DNA from: a virus
Length of the DNA stretch: 64,000 nt
IMG/VR virus record: IMGVR_UViG_3300012985_000010
Location: 8,395-72,394 of that record
Strand: one strand, 5' to 3'
Part shown: piece after piece, positions 41,310 to 49,992 of the stretch
How the letters are laid out: every line of letters starts with the position of its first letter
Position numbering within the stretch: position 1 is the first letter of the stretch
Translations under genes and position numbers: made by a program
The notes under the pieces: generated by a model
The model's input: the letters and a program-made list of their open reading frames with translations, nothing else
Told to the model about the DNA's origin: nothing
The model's database searches: none

Positions 41310-41695
41310 TACGCTTCACTCCCTGATCCGCCGATGTCTAGACCGTCAAGGACGGTGGTGTCATCGAGGTCTTCGATGACTTCCTCGTCTAGGTCAATAT
41401 CTACATCTGCGATTGGAGCCTCGCCTGGTGCCGAAACGTCACCGGGCTCTGCTGGGTCTACGACCTCAGTCGTCTCTTCTACTGGTACTTCTTCTGGAAC
41501 CTCGGCTGGGTCCTCAGGGGATGGTTCAACAACTTCCTCCGGTACTTCTACCGGCTCCTCTACAGGAGTTTCCACTGGAGTATCAACAACCGGGGTTTCC
41601 ACTACTACAGAGCCCTCGTCTTCCTGCTCCAATGGAACAGGGCCACGGCCCAATAGCGCGCTAATGAAAGCGATGATTCTGTCAATTATTGACAC
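41309..41695 (-). CDS. acidic Glu/Pro/Val-rich protein with N-terminal amphipathic helix
   Basis: AGGAGG RBS, GTG start, coupled to the endolysin. Confidence 0.7.
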   Translation of the reverse strand: MSIIDRIIAFISALLGRGPVPLEQEDEGSVVVETPVVDTPVETPVEEPVEVPEEVVEPSPEDPAEVPEEVPVEETTEVVDPAEPGDVSAPGEAPIADVDIDLDEEVIEDLDDTTVLDGLDIGGSGSEA

Positions 41696-41722
41696 TTCTG
41701 AAAACCTCCTTTAGTTCTCTTT

Positions 41723-43804
41723 TCATTGTAACACGGCTTCCTTCTCGGTCTCTAGAGGAATCTCGCAGTAATCGGTTGTGCAGAACTTCTCTCCGACCGC
41801 GTCTTCCTGTGGACCATTTAGGTAGAACGGTACGAGGCTCAACTTTGCAATCTGTGCAGATTCCTTTTCGTATTCAGCCTTGTCCGACCTTGTGTATGGC
41901 ATCTGAGCGTACTGGTCGTTTGACTGCTTCAAGAATGAAACGGTCTTCAACTGACCCTCGAACATATGAATTACGCTCTCTACGTTGTCCCCATCGACAT
42001 CATCGTCAAACGATAGCGTGACGGAAACAGCGTTGTCCGACCAGTATCTCTGAGCCGTTGCAGCGAGGTTAGCCTTTTCGAATAGACTGACCTCCGTGTC
42101 ACTACGACGTGCCTTTGAGTGAATCGGGAAGTAAACGACTGCGGTACCTACTGGGTCATTCTCGGCTGGTTCTACACGGTAACCGTGATCCCTAAAGCCC
42201 TGCACCATCGGCTCGTCTGAGCGGAAGCGCACGGTCTGTAGGAAGTATTCACCGCCGGGGCTCCAATGAGCACCAGGAGAGACACCGGCCAACTTGGAGA
42301 CGGTGCCTGATGGCTTTACGGTCGTCGTCTTGATTGACTGGCGAACACATAGCCATTCCGAGTAAACCTCGTCGTACTTCTGAATTGCGTCGTACCCAGC
42401 GTCCATCCAGTCACGGAGGGCCGGTAGTCCACGGGTGTCAGCGAAGTCAGCAATACCACTCATACCAGTACCAATACGCCTGTTCCTCTGCATGATTGCA
42501 TTGGTCTCAGGCCAGTGGGTAGGCAGAAGGGTGACCGTCTTTGCGTACAGGTACGCGAACTTTAGGGTACGAATGTAGTCCTCTACAGAGTCATGGCGGC
42601 TGATGAACGTCTCTACGAGAGTACACATTTCACCAGACTCTAGTGGCTGCTCGGCGCAAGGGTTGTACCCGACTGCACGCCAGTCAGCGTTTGTGATTCC
42701 ATCCTTGATACGACCGTACTGGCGGGTTACGTCCATCCAGAGGATACCGGGCTCGCCATTTGTGCGAATACGGTCAACTAGATGGCTGTAGTCCGAACCA
42801 ACCTTGGCCTCGACAGAGTTGTTGGAAAGCCCACCCCATTCACGACGGTAATACGCCGGTCCCTGAGTGATGTACTCCCAGGTCTTAGGGTCCTGCTTGC
42901 CAAACTGCTTTGCGTCTAGGAAGTCCTCGTCGTCAATATGTCCAACGTACATTTCAGCACTACGACGAACGTTGCCAGCGACAACACAGAACCCAATCTG
43001 GTTCATGATGTCAGCAATTGCTCGACGTGTTAGGTTCATGCCAACTAGTGCGTCAAGGACTAGACGAATCTGGTCGTGGAGTAGCATTAGCGACTCTGGA
43101 CCGGAAGCGGTGCCACCGAACGTCTTGATCGGCTCACCCTTCTTCCTAATGTCGGAGTAGTCCATCTTCATGAGCCCCTTACCGGCGACTAGGTACGTGT
43201 TGATCAGGATACGAGTTGACTCGGCCCAATCCTCACGAGTATCTGCGATCTTGTAAACGAAGGTATCACTTGGGTCTGGCTTGTGGACGAGGAAGCCCTT
43301 ATCGGCACCCTTATCGTCAAATCCACATCCGACACCGAGCATGGACGCTTCCATTACCCACGCGAACGGGGCTCCTGGGTCATAACGTGTCATGTCATTC
43401 GTGCTCTTAAAGGCACAGTTCTGCAATGCTGCAGAGTTCTTCTGCTCGTTTACGAGCGGGGTGCCCATGACCCAAAGTCCTCGACCGGGTGGCGTCCACT
43501 TGAATGTGTAAAGGCGCTCGAACGCTTCCTGCGCTGAGGCCTGTGCCTTACGGTCGTTCCACGGAAGTCTATTCTCCTTGGCCCAATCCTTTTGGATCGA
43601 GTACATGCCCTCGATGACGCGGCGGCAGACTTCGTACCACTGCTCCTTGGTTCCATCATCCTTGACCCTTGAATAGGTACGCATGAAGATGATCTCGCTA
43701 AAACTGTTTCCTGCTCCGTCTGTGAAACCCCAGTCTACCTCGCGGGTGACATAGGGCTCGATGAAACCTTCCGGCAGGCGGAAGGATAGTTGCAATTCAC
43801 TCAT
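41723..43804 (-). CDS. nrdJ: class II (B12-dependent) ribonucleotide reductase
   Basis: PPGRGLW, NCAF, VVAGNVRRSA, NPCAEQPL, TTVKPSGTVS. Confidence 0.95.
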   Translation of the reverse strand: MSELQLSFRLPEGFIEPYVTREVDWGFTDGAGNSFSEIIFMRTYSRVKDDGTKEQWYEVCRRVIEGMYSIQKDWAKENRLPWNDRKAQASAQEAFERLYTFKWTPPGRGLWVMGTPLVNEQKNSAALQNCAFKSTNDMTRYDPGAPFAWVMEASMLGVGCGFDDKGADKGFLVHKPDPSDTFVYKIADTREDWAESTRILINTYLVAGKGLMKMDYSDIRKKGEPIKTFGGTASGPESLMLLHDQIRLVLDALVGMNLTRRAIADIMNQIGFCVVAGNVRRSAEMYVGHIDDEDFLDAKQFGKQDPKTWEYITQGPAYYRREWGGLSNNSVEAKVGSDYSHLVDRIRTNGEPGILWMDVTRQYGRIKDGITNADWRAVGYNPCAEQPLESGEMCTLVETFISRHDSVEDYIRTLKFAYLYAKTVTLLPTHWPETNAIMQRNRRIGTGMSGIADFADTRGLPALRDWMDAGYDAIQKYDEVYSEWLCVRQSIKTTTVKPSGTVSKLAGVSPGAHWSPGGEYFLQTVRFRSDEPMVQGFRDHGYRVEPAENDPVGTAVVYFPIHSKARRSDTEVSLFEKANLAATAQRYWSDNAVSVTLSFDDDVDGDNVESVIHMFEGQLKTVSFLKQSNDQYAQMPYTRSDKAEYEKESAQIAKLSLVPFYLNGPQEDAVGEKFCTTDYCEIPLETEKEAVLQ

Positions 43805-43896
43805 ATATGTATAAACTCCTCCAAAGTCCTCCTCAGAGGACTGACGTTTTCGATGTATACTTCCATCTTACCATCGGCAACTTACGGTTCAGAAAG

Positions 43897-44958
43897 TTAC
43901 GAGAATCTTTCGAGAAGATTCTTGAACGCAGTTTGCGTCAATGTCTTCCAGTCGTTTTCTTCATGAATATAGGGTGCCATCGTGTGTGTCAGGTGCGTGT
44001 AGTAAACTCTGTTTTCAGCAAACTCTCGCATCTGGTGCTTCAAGGACTCGTAGTCTGGTTCGAACATCTTTCCTGGGTGAATGTCCTGCCACGGTGACTC
44101 TACGAGGTTGGTCTTTACTCTCAGTGTGCCCGGTAGCGCGTAGTCACACCAGTCGGTTGTCATGATCGTGGGGAGCCCGGTACCGAGAGCCTGCAAGGGG
44201 ATGAACCCGAAGCCCTCTCCCCATGATGGGTACACCAGGCAGTGCGCGCTCGCATATAGACCCTGCAATTCAGAGAGTTCCATATCACGCGTGATGACAT
44301 GAACGTTGTTGATCAGATCATCCGGGCGGCGCACCATCTTTGCCTGATCGTAGTCTCGCACCAGTGACGATCCGTGACCCTTGATGATCAGCCTGTAGTT
44401 GGGATCATCAGCAAATAGTTCCTTGAACGCTTCGAAGACCATTTGCCCACCCTTTCGTGGGGCTGGCTCTCCAATGTGCAGGAAGGTGATCGGACCCTTC
44501 ATCCCACGCTTGACCGGAGCCCATGCGTGATCTATTCCATGAGGGTAGACTAGACCAGGAAGGTCAACGCCTCCTTCGCGGAACCATCGCATACCGAGAT
44601 GGTTTGTAGTCCAAAACTCGTCGCAGGTCTCGTTGATCATCTGAGGCCACAGTTCAAGGGGCTTAGACTCATCCTGGTAGCCGATGCTCATGCCAGCGAT
44701 TCCGTTCGGGGCCTTCTGTGCAAAACTCGGGCCGGTCATGCCTGTTGACTCCCACGGTGTATAGCCAATAGTGTATTGACCATCGTAGTGAACGTAGTCC
44801 TGTGGCTGACAGAAGTTGAACATCACGTCAGCGGTGGGATCGTTAAACGACACCGGGATTCCAAGTTCGTTCAAGGTCTCTGTGATGTGCTTTGCGGCAT
44901 ACCAAAAGCCTTGACGTTCTGTGAAAATACCGTAATCGGTATGAAGTGAGACTCGCAT
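43897..44958 (-). CDS. GT4-family glycosyltransferase
   Basis: PHGID, RKGG, VYPSWGEGFGFIPLQALGTGLPTI. Confidence 0.9.
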   Translation of the reverse strand: MRVSLHTDYGIFTERQGFWYAAKHITETLNELGIPVSFNDPTADVMFNFCQPQDYVHYDGQYTIGYTPWESTGMTGPSFAQKAPNGIAGMSIGYQDESKPLELWPQMINETCDEFWTTNHLGMRWFREGGVDLPGLVYPHGIDHAWAPVKRGMKGPITFLHIGEPAPRKGGQMVFEAFKELFADDPNYRLIIKGHGSSLVRDYDQAKMVRRPDDLINNVHVITRDMELSELQGLYASAHCLVYPSWGEGFGFIPLQALGTGLPTIMTTDWCDYALPGTLRVKTNLVESPWQDIHPGKMFEPDYESLKHQMREFAENRVYYTHLTHTMAPYIHEENDWKTLTQTAFKNLLERFS

Positions 44959-45061
44959 GACTCCATCGTACCACGATGGTCACGGACTGGTTACGAGAAA
45001 TTTCTCCCAACTTGACACAGGGTCGAATCAGTGGTCTCATAGAGAAGTGGTGGTGGTGATA

Positions 45062-45106
45062 ACTAGATAAACACATTACTTAGATAAACCAATAACTTAG
45101 GATAAG
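45062..45106. repeat. three AT-rich direct repeats ACT(T)AG(G)ATAA at the strand switch
   Basis: copies at 45062, 45078 and 45095. Confidence 0.6.
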
Positions 45107-45118
45107 GAAGTAAATACC

Positions 45119-45358
45119 ATTAAGGAAGAAGATAACCGTTACTGGTTAAGAGTAGTTAATACCTATAGAGAAGAACGGCAGGATACCACACACTTTTTAT
45201 CCTGTCCAAACGACTCGGATCACACCCCACTCTTCCCTCGTCTGGACGCAAATGACGACATTGAACTTTACTGCCTAGCCTGCGGTTGGACCGTCAAGCC
45301 TGGGTATTACACACTCGTCCGACTAGAGCATGAAGTCTTTAACGTACCCTCTCCTTGA
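45119..45358 (+). CDS. small Cys/His protein missed by the ORF track (ATT start)
   Basis: 79 open codons with CPNDSDH...CLACG; AAGGAAG-N8-ATT; no in-frame ATG/GTG/TTG. Confidence 0.6.
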   Translation: MKEEDNRYWLRVVNTYREERQDTTHFLSCPNDSDHTPLFPRLDANDDIELYCLACGWTVKPGYYTLVRLEHEVFNVPSP

Positions 45359-45404
45359 GAGTAGTGGGGTTGCCCCCGAATCCAGACTATGGTAGGGTAG
45401 TCGG

Positions 45405-46019
45405 ATGCTCATTCAGAGGATCGCCGGTTCTTTGTTGGTAGGAATCATCGCCGTAACAGGCGTGCCAGCACCGCAACCCGCCGTCGAACCCGCGATAGAG
45501 GTCACACCCAAGGTGGTCGCGTCCACCAAACTGATTCCACTCGACGTGCTTAACGCACGGAGGGCAGCAGCAGAATTACGCGCGAGCCGCAGCCAGGCTC
45601 GGACACCCAAGTCGACCGATCATTCGGTCAGGAAGGCACACAAGAATTCTAAGACGGTAGTGGTGCATCGCGCGCCCGCCGCCAAGAAGAAGGCAAAGAA
45701 GGTCAAGGTCTACAAGGTCAGCAGCGCGGGGAACCGTGCTCTGGGAAAGCGGCTCGCCTCGGCGCGCGGCTGGGGCTCTGGCCGTCAGTGGTATTGTCTA
45801 GAGAAGTTGTGGACAGAGGAATCTGGCTGGTCGACCACCTCGGATAACCCAAACTCCGACGCTTACGGAATTCCGCAGGCGCTTCCGGGGAGTAAGATGG
45901 GTAGAGGGTGGCGCACGAACGCTACCGTTCAAATTAAGTGGGGATTGAAGTACATCAGCGGGCGCTACGGCACCCCTTGTAGTGCGCTCTCCACTAAACA
46001 CTCGAAGGGTTGGTACTAA
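45405..46019 (+). CDS. secreted lytic transglycosylase-like protein
   Basis: N-terminal signal/TM; CLEKLWTEESGW...AYGIPQALP...QIKWGLKYI..RYGTPC. Confidence 0.85.
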   Translation: MLIQRIAGSLLVGIIAVTGVPAPQPAVEPAIEVTPKVVASTKLIPLDVLNARRAAAELRASRSQARTPKSTDHSVRKAHKNSKTVVVHRAPAAKKKAKKVKVYKVSSAGNRALGKRLASARGWGSGRQWYCLEKLWTEESGWSTTSDNPNSDAYGIPQALPGSKMGRGWRTNATVQIKWGLKYISGRYGTPCSALSTKHSKGWY

Positions 46020-46733
46020 TTGAGCGACAGGGTTAACGTCCTTGATAAAGGATATGTCCGTTTGGTCAACGTCATGGGCGATGATCTCTCGGTAGTTAAC
46101 GCTGCCCGCGTGTCGTATGACAAGGAGTCGGGGAGTTTCTCAGATAATGACGAGAGGCTCCTCGACTTCCTCATTCGTGAAGGACACACGTCTGTCCTCC
46201 GACACCAGGCACTTACATTTGAGGGCTACGCGCCCCTACTAGTCGCGCGGCAGTGGTACAAGCACACCATCGCAGCGACATACATTGACGACCAGAATGG
46301 ATGGAATGAGTCCTCTAGGCGGTACATTACGGAGAACGAAGAGTTCTATCTACCTGGGCCGGGAGATTGGCGTAGTAAGCCTGAAAACTCTAAGCAGGGT
46401 AGCGGTGAGAACCTTGATCCTGAGGTCGGATTCCACTGGACGAACTACCTAGAGTCATTCCAGGCCGAAGGTGAGAAACTGTACAAGCGTGCAATGGAAG
46501 CCGGAATCGCGCCGGAGCAGGCAAGACTGTTCCTACTAGCCAATGGCCTATACGTTCGGTTCCGCTGGACTACCAGCCTTGCCGCTACATTGAACTTCCT
46601 GTCTCAGCGTACGGACTCACATGCACAATATGAGATTCAGCAGTATGCTGGTGCTATCGAAGGTTTCGTGGAGGGCGCGTTCCCGCTTACCTACCGGGCC
46701 TTTCAAAAATACGAAAAAGATGAGGTAGAGTAA
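46020..46733 (+). CDS. thyX: flavin-dependent thymidylate synthase
   Basis: VVNAARVSY, GHTSVLRH, NESSRRY, EQARLFL, HAQYEIQ. Confidence 0.93.
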   Translation: MSDRVNVLDKGYVRLVNVMGDDLSVVNAARVSYDKESGSFSDNDERLLDFLIREGHTSVLRHQALTFEGYAPLLVARQWYKHTIAATYIDDQNGWNESSRRYITENEEFYLPGPGDWRSKPENSKQGSGENLDPEVGFHWTNYLESFQAEGEKLYKRAMEAGIAPEQARLFLLANGLYVRFRWTTSLAATLNFLSQRTDSHAQYEIQQYAGAIEGFVEGAFPLTYRAFQKYEKDEVE

Positions 46734-46981
46734 TGGATGTAAATGAATATGCTTATGCTGTGGAGCGCGCTGTCGAGGCTGCGATCACAGGCTCTAGCGC
46801 CTTCGCCCCTGTGCGTGCGCGTGACGAGGAGTTTACTGTGACGGTGGACCTGGCCCCTGATGACACTTCGGGGAAGTCGCGCTTACAGTTGACGTTCGAC
46901 GTGGAGCCCGGTAAGATTGATTATGACACGAGTGATGTAACGGCTACGGTCGATTATGTCGTTGCGGATTATGAGTCGTAA
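46733..46981 (+). CDS. hypothetical protein (paralogue of next gene)
   Basis: coupled ORF; shared GSSAF motif. Confidence 0.7.
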   Translation: MDVNEYAYAVERAVEAAITGSSAFAPVRARDEEFTVTVDLAPDDTSGKSRLQLTFDVEPGKIDYDTSDVTATVDYVVADYES

Positions 46982-47235
46982 TGGACGAGCACACTTATGG
47001 GTATCAGGTCTGTAGAGAGATTGAGCGCCGAGTCTCGGGCTCTAGTGCTTTCTTTCAGTACCGTGAGGCTAAGTCTGCCATAGAGTTCCAGGTGTTCTTT
47101 ACCCATCGTGGTGAGAAGTTGCGCCTTGACTACGAGATTGATAAGGGTCAGATGGTTGACGTAAAGGCAGAGGTCAATCGTATGGTTGGCTATATTGCCG
47201 CAGACTTAAAGGGGTGGAAGTCTAGTGACGACTGA
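46981..47235 (+). CDS. hypothetical protein (paralogue of previous gene)
   Basis: coupled ORF; shared GSSAF motif. Confidence 0.7.
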   Translation: MDEHTYGYQVCREIERRVSGSSAFFQYREAKSAIEFQVFFTHRGEKLRLDYEIDKGQMVDVKAEVNRMVGYIAADLKGWKSSDD

Positions 47236-47683
47236 GCAGATGGATGAGGTCGACGCACAGAATCAGTTGCGGGACCGCCTGCAGAAATTGAGATTCAATA
47301 TGGTAGATATAGCACTTGAAGATTTGGATGAGGTGAAGCCTACATTGAGTAAGGTGAAGTATACAACGAGTGGTAAGACGCTGGCTGAGATCGTAAAGGA
47401 CCTCAGTGCGCTTTTGAACGCCGGTTTTGAGGTGGAGTTCTACATCGAGCCGGAAGCGATTGCAGCCCCTCCATATCACCCTCACCCGTATGGTCCTGGT
47501 GTTCGTGGTGGTATCTCTCCCGATACGCACATCATGAATCTGACTAGCGGGGTGGACAACCCTGAAAAAGTAGGTAGTGGTGATACGTTTATCGCCAATG
47601 TGTTTGTCCCTAAGACGGATGACACTGATATTGCTAAGGTTGTCGAGGATCACATTCGTCTCGGCTCCGCGAGAGGACACTAA
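47225..47683 (+). CDS. hypothetical protein
   Basis: coupled ORF. Confidence 0.65.
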   Translation: MTTEQMDEVDAQNQLRDRLQKLRFNMVDIALEDLDEVKPTLSKVKYTTSGKTLAEIVKDLSALLNAGFEVEFYIEPEAIAAPPYHPHPYGPGVRGGISPDTHIMNLTSGVDNPEKVGSGDTFIANVFVPKTDDTDIAKVVEDHIRLGSARGH

Positions 47684-47940
47684 TGTTTGACATTAACGAG
47701 GATGAGCCGAAGAAGTCTGAGAATCATTTGACGCCAGCGCAGGCTGCTGGTATCGAGTTGCTGGAACGCATCCATGACCTTCTGCTAATAAATCACATCG
47801 ACCAGCAGCGTAACTACGACTTGCTGTTCGCAATTGCTACAGGGCAGTCTGCGGACGCTGTGAGTGCTATGTACGAGCAGCATGAAGCGGGTAAGGTTTT
47901 TGCTCCTGAACCAGCATTGGAGGAAGCAGATGGGTCCTAG
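47683..47940 (+). CDS. hypothetical protein
   Basis: coupled ORF with RBS. Confidence 0.7.
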   Translation: MFDINEDEPKKSENHLTPAQAAGIELLERIHDLLLINHIDQQRNYDLLFAIATGQSADAVSAMYEQHEAGKVFAPEPALEEADGS

Positions 47941-48196
47941 ATTTACGTTCAGAATCCGGCCCGGTGATAAAGAGGGCCAGGTATGGTGGGAAGTATATGA
48001 CCTAGAAGAACGTCTAGACATGGTTATCGAGAGACTCCGACCTAATGAGAGCGCCGATGCTATGCTGAAAAGGGCTCAGTCTTGGGCTCAAGAGTTGTTA
48101 AGGTATCACACACCCTACGTCGTTAGCCACCTTGATGAGGTTTCCGACAGACCATACGATGTATATGGAGAGATTGATGCCTTACACGATAAGTGA
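47930..48196 (+). CDS. hypothetical protein
   Basis: GGAGG RBS before ATG 47930. Confidence 0.65.
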   Translation: MGPRFTFRIRPGDKEGQVWWEVYDLEERLDMVIERLRPNESADAMLKRAQSWAQELLRYHTPYVVSHLDEVSDRPYDVYGEIDALHDK

Positions 48197-48353
48197 GAAG
48201 GATTACCTGTTTAAGGACGGACATTCTGTCCGCTGTCCCTCCTGCGGAGGGCAGATCAAATACTTCTTCACACCGGGCAACGGTAATGGTTACACATTGC
48301 GTTGTATGAACACGTTCTGTGACTTCACGTCACACGCTGTAACGGATTTCTAG
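48177..48353 (+). CDS. small zinc-ribbon protein
   Basis: CPSC...CMNTFC; GGAG RBS. Confidence 0.6.
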   Translation: MPYTISEKDYLFKDGHSVRCPSCGGQIKYFFTPGNGNGYTLRCMNTFCDFTSHAVTDF

Positions 48354-48360
48354 GAGAAAT

Positions 48361-48564
48361 ATGCCTATCAAGATCATCACCTCAATGGAAACTCTCTTCC
48401 GTCTTGCCAGAGAACTAGGACAAGCACGTCTACGAGGTAATCCAGAGGAAATCGCAAGAGCAGAAGCATCACATAAGGCGTATGAGACTCTAGTATTGGA
48501 ATCAGACGAGATTATAGGCTTCCCAGGACTAGGACTACCGGGCCATGAGCGTAAAATCTCGTAG
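48361..48564 (+). CDS. hypothetical protein
   Basis: AGGAG RBS. Confidence 0.65.
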   Translation: MPIKIITSMETLFRLARELGQARLRGNPEEIARAEASHKAYETLVLESDEIIGFPGLGLPGHERKIS

Positions 48565-48793
48565 AATCATCAGTTGTGGTGATCTCAACGACAATTTGAT
48601 GTACAGAATCATCGTTGTAGAAGATGATCTTGTTGTTGATTGGTGGTACTCACCGAAAATCGACTTTAACATCCCCGAAGGACGTGTACGCTCCGATGTC
48701 GTCAGTCACGTCATACTCAAAGACTACCCATACTGGCTCCCACCCGATCCCCACGTCATCATCAAAGGAACATACCAAGATCATCTTTCATAA
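48545..48793 (+). CDS. hypothetical protein
   Basis: overlapping operon ORF. Confidence 0.55.
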   Translation: MSVKSRRIISCGDLNDNLMYRIIVVEDDLVVDWWYSPKIDFNIPEGRVRSDVVSHVILKDYPYWLPPDPHVIIKGTYQDHLS

Positions 48794-48906
48794 TTGACAT
48801 TTTGCAAACTTTCGGTTAGATGTATGATCCAGCCATCCCTGCGAATTGTTGATCTTGATAGTGCGCCCATATTCTTTACCTTCCCGTTACCTAATCTGCC
48901 CGATTC

Positions 48907-48928
48907 TGTCAGTGTCCGATGATAGTCT
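48907..48928 (+). promoter_or_regulatory. RecA-NDp (PafBC-type) promoter
   Basis: TGTCAGTG-N8-TAGTCT. Confidence 0.7.
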
Positions 48929-48963
48929 GACGGAGTCGGAAACACAGAGCGAGAGGAAACGAA

Positions 48964-49182
48964 ATGGTCAACATCGGAGAGCGGGTCACCGTTCACACGT
49001 TCGCATGGCAGGGTCGAGAGGGTACTATCCTCGAAACCTTCCCGTCCGTCCCCTGCCCGTGGATGCCTAGCGTGTCCACCGTGGCTACCGTGCGCGTTCG
49101 CATTGACGGACGCATGACCTACCGTGGCCGTGAGGATGACGTTATCGCACACGTCACTCTCGACTCTGTGAAGGGGATCTAA
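48964..49182 (+). CDS. hypothetical protein
   Basis: GAGGA RBS, downstream of a promoter. Confidence 0.7.
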   Translation: MVNIGERVTVHTFAWQGREGTILETFPSVPCPWMPSVSTVATVRVRIDGRMTYRGREDDVIAHVTLDSVKGI

Positions 49183-49475
49183 TGTTCATCCTCACCGATA
49201 CCTACGCTGCCCACAATTGGGAGCCTGAGATTGTCTACACGCTCCCCTGTAGGGGTCACGAATGCGGAACCCCTGTCCTAGTCATGGATGATGACTCCGA
49301 TATCTGCCCCGACTGTGACGGGTGGGAGTCGGACGCTATGGCGGCAGGGTACGCTGCCTATGCCAACATGAAAGCCATGCGCGAGGATGACCGCTGCCCC
49401 GTATGCGGTGCCTACGGGATGATGAACCAGAACATGCGTTGCATGACCCTTGACTGTGTCATGGGTGACGCGTGA
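49182..49475 (+). CDS. Cys-rich hypothetical protein
   Basis: multiple CxxC motifs; coupled. Confidence 0.65.
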   Translation: MFILTDTYAAHNWEPEIVYTLPCRGHECGTPVLVMDDDSDICPDCDGWESDAMAAGYAAYANMKAMREDDRCPVCGAYGMMNQNMRCMTLDCVMGDA

Positions 49476-49693
49476 TTACCCTTCCGACCTCACCCGCCGC
49501 ATGGGTGAGGGTAGGGGATAGGGTATTGCTGCCTAAGGCTACCCGCTATGTTCGCATTGTGAATGTCGAATATGCGGTTAGTGACATTCGGGATATCCGC
49601 GTGACATATGCGGATATCAACACAGGAAAGGGTATTCGCACCCGGTCCATTCGCCGTAATGCGCGTGTCATTCTCTACCCTGAGGGGATCTAA
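49472..49693 (+). CDS. hypothetical protein
   Basis: GTGA-coupled ORF. Confidence 0.6.
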   Translation: MITLPTSPAAWVRVGDRVLLPKATRYVRIVNVEYAVSDIRDIRVTYADINTGKGIRTRSIRRNARVILYPEGI

Positions 49694-49785
49694 TGCGAAT
49701 CACCTTTCGCGGATATGCGGTTATCGCATTCATCGGTTTCGCTATCGGATATCTCATTCCGATAACCTATTGGATCGGAGGGTAG
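49693..49785 (+). CDS. 30-aa single-TM peptide
   Basis: MRITFRGYAVIAFIGFAIGYLIPITYWIGG; TAATG coupling. Confidence 0.55.
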   Translation: MRITFRGYAVIAFIGFAIGYLIPITYWIGG

Positions 49786-49857
49786 TTGCATAGGGGAAGG
49801 TTGCACCTGCAAGTGTTTCCGACAGAACCTTTGCAGGTGCAACCTTTGCCCGTGCAA
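49786..49857. repeat. inverted repeat with perfect 16-bp arms
   Basis: AAGGTTGCACCTGCAA (49797-49812) / TTGCAGGTGCAACCTT (49831-49846). Confidence 0.85.
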
Positions 49858-49992
49858 GTAGTTGTGTCGCAAGCGACCCAAGACGTTTATGTTACGACAA
49901 GGGTTAAGTTTCCTGGGACTAGCGAGGCGCTACGTTCCCTTATATTATGATCGCCCCTTGATTCGTCAGGGTCTACATGCTAGGATGGGTAG

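Noticed and set aside
43805-43896. Cobalamin riboswitch or NrdR box upstream of nrdJ
   Set aside because: The leader is only about 60 nt with one hairpin; no B12-box or NrdR palindrome
49868-49897. Additional copy of the TTACGA motif
   Set aside because: The left half is CG-N4-CG with a 16-nt spacer and lies far from the next -10; too degenerate to count
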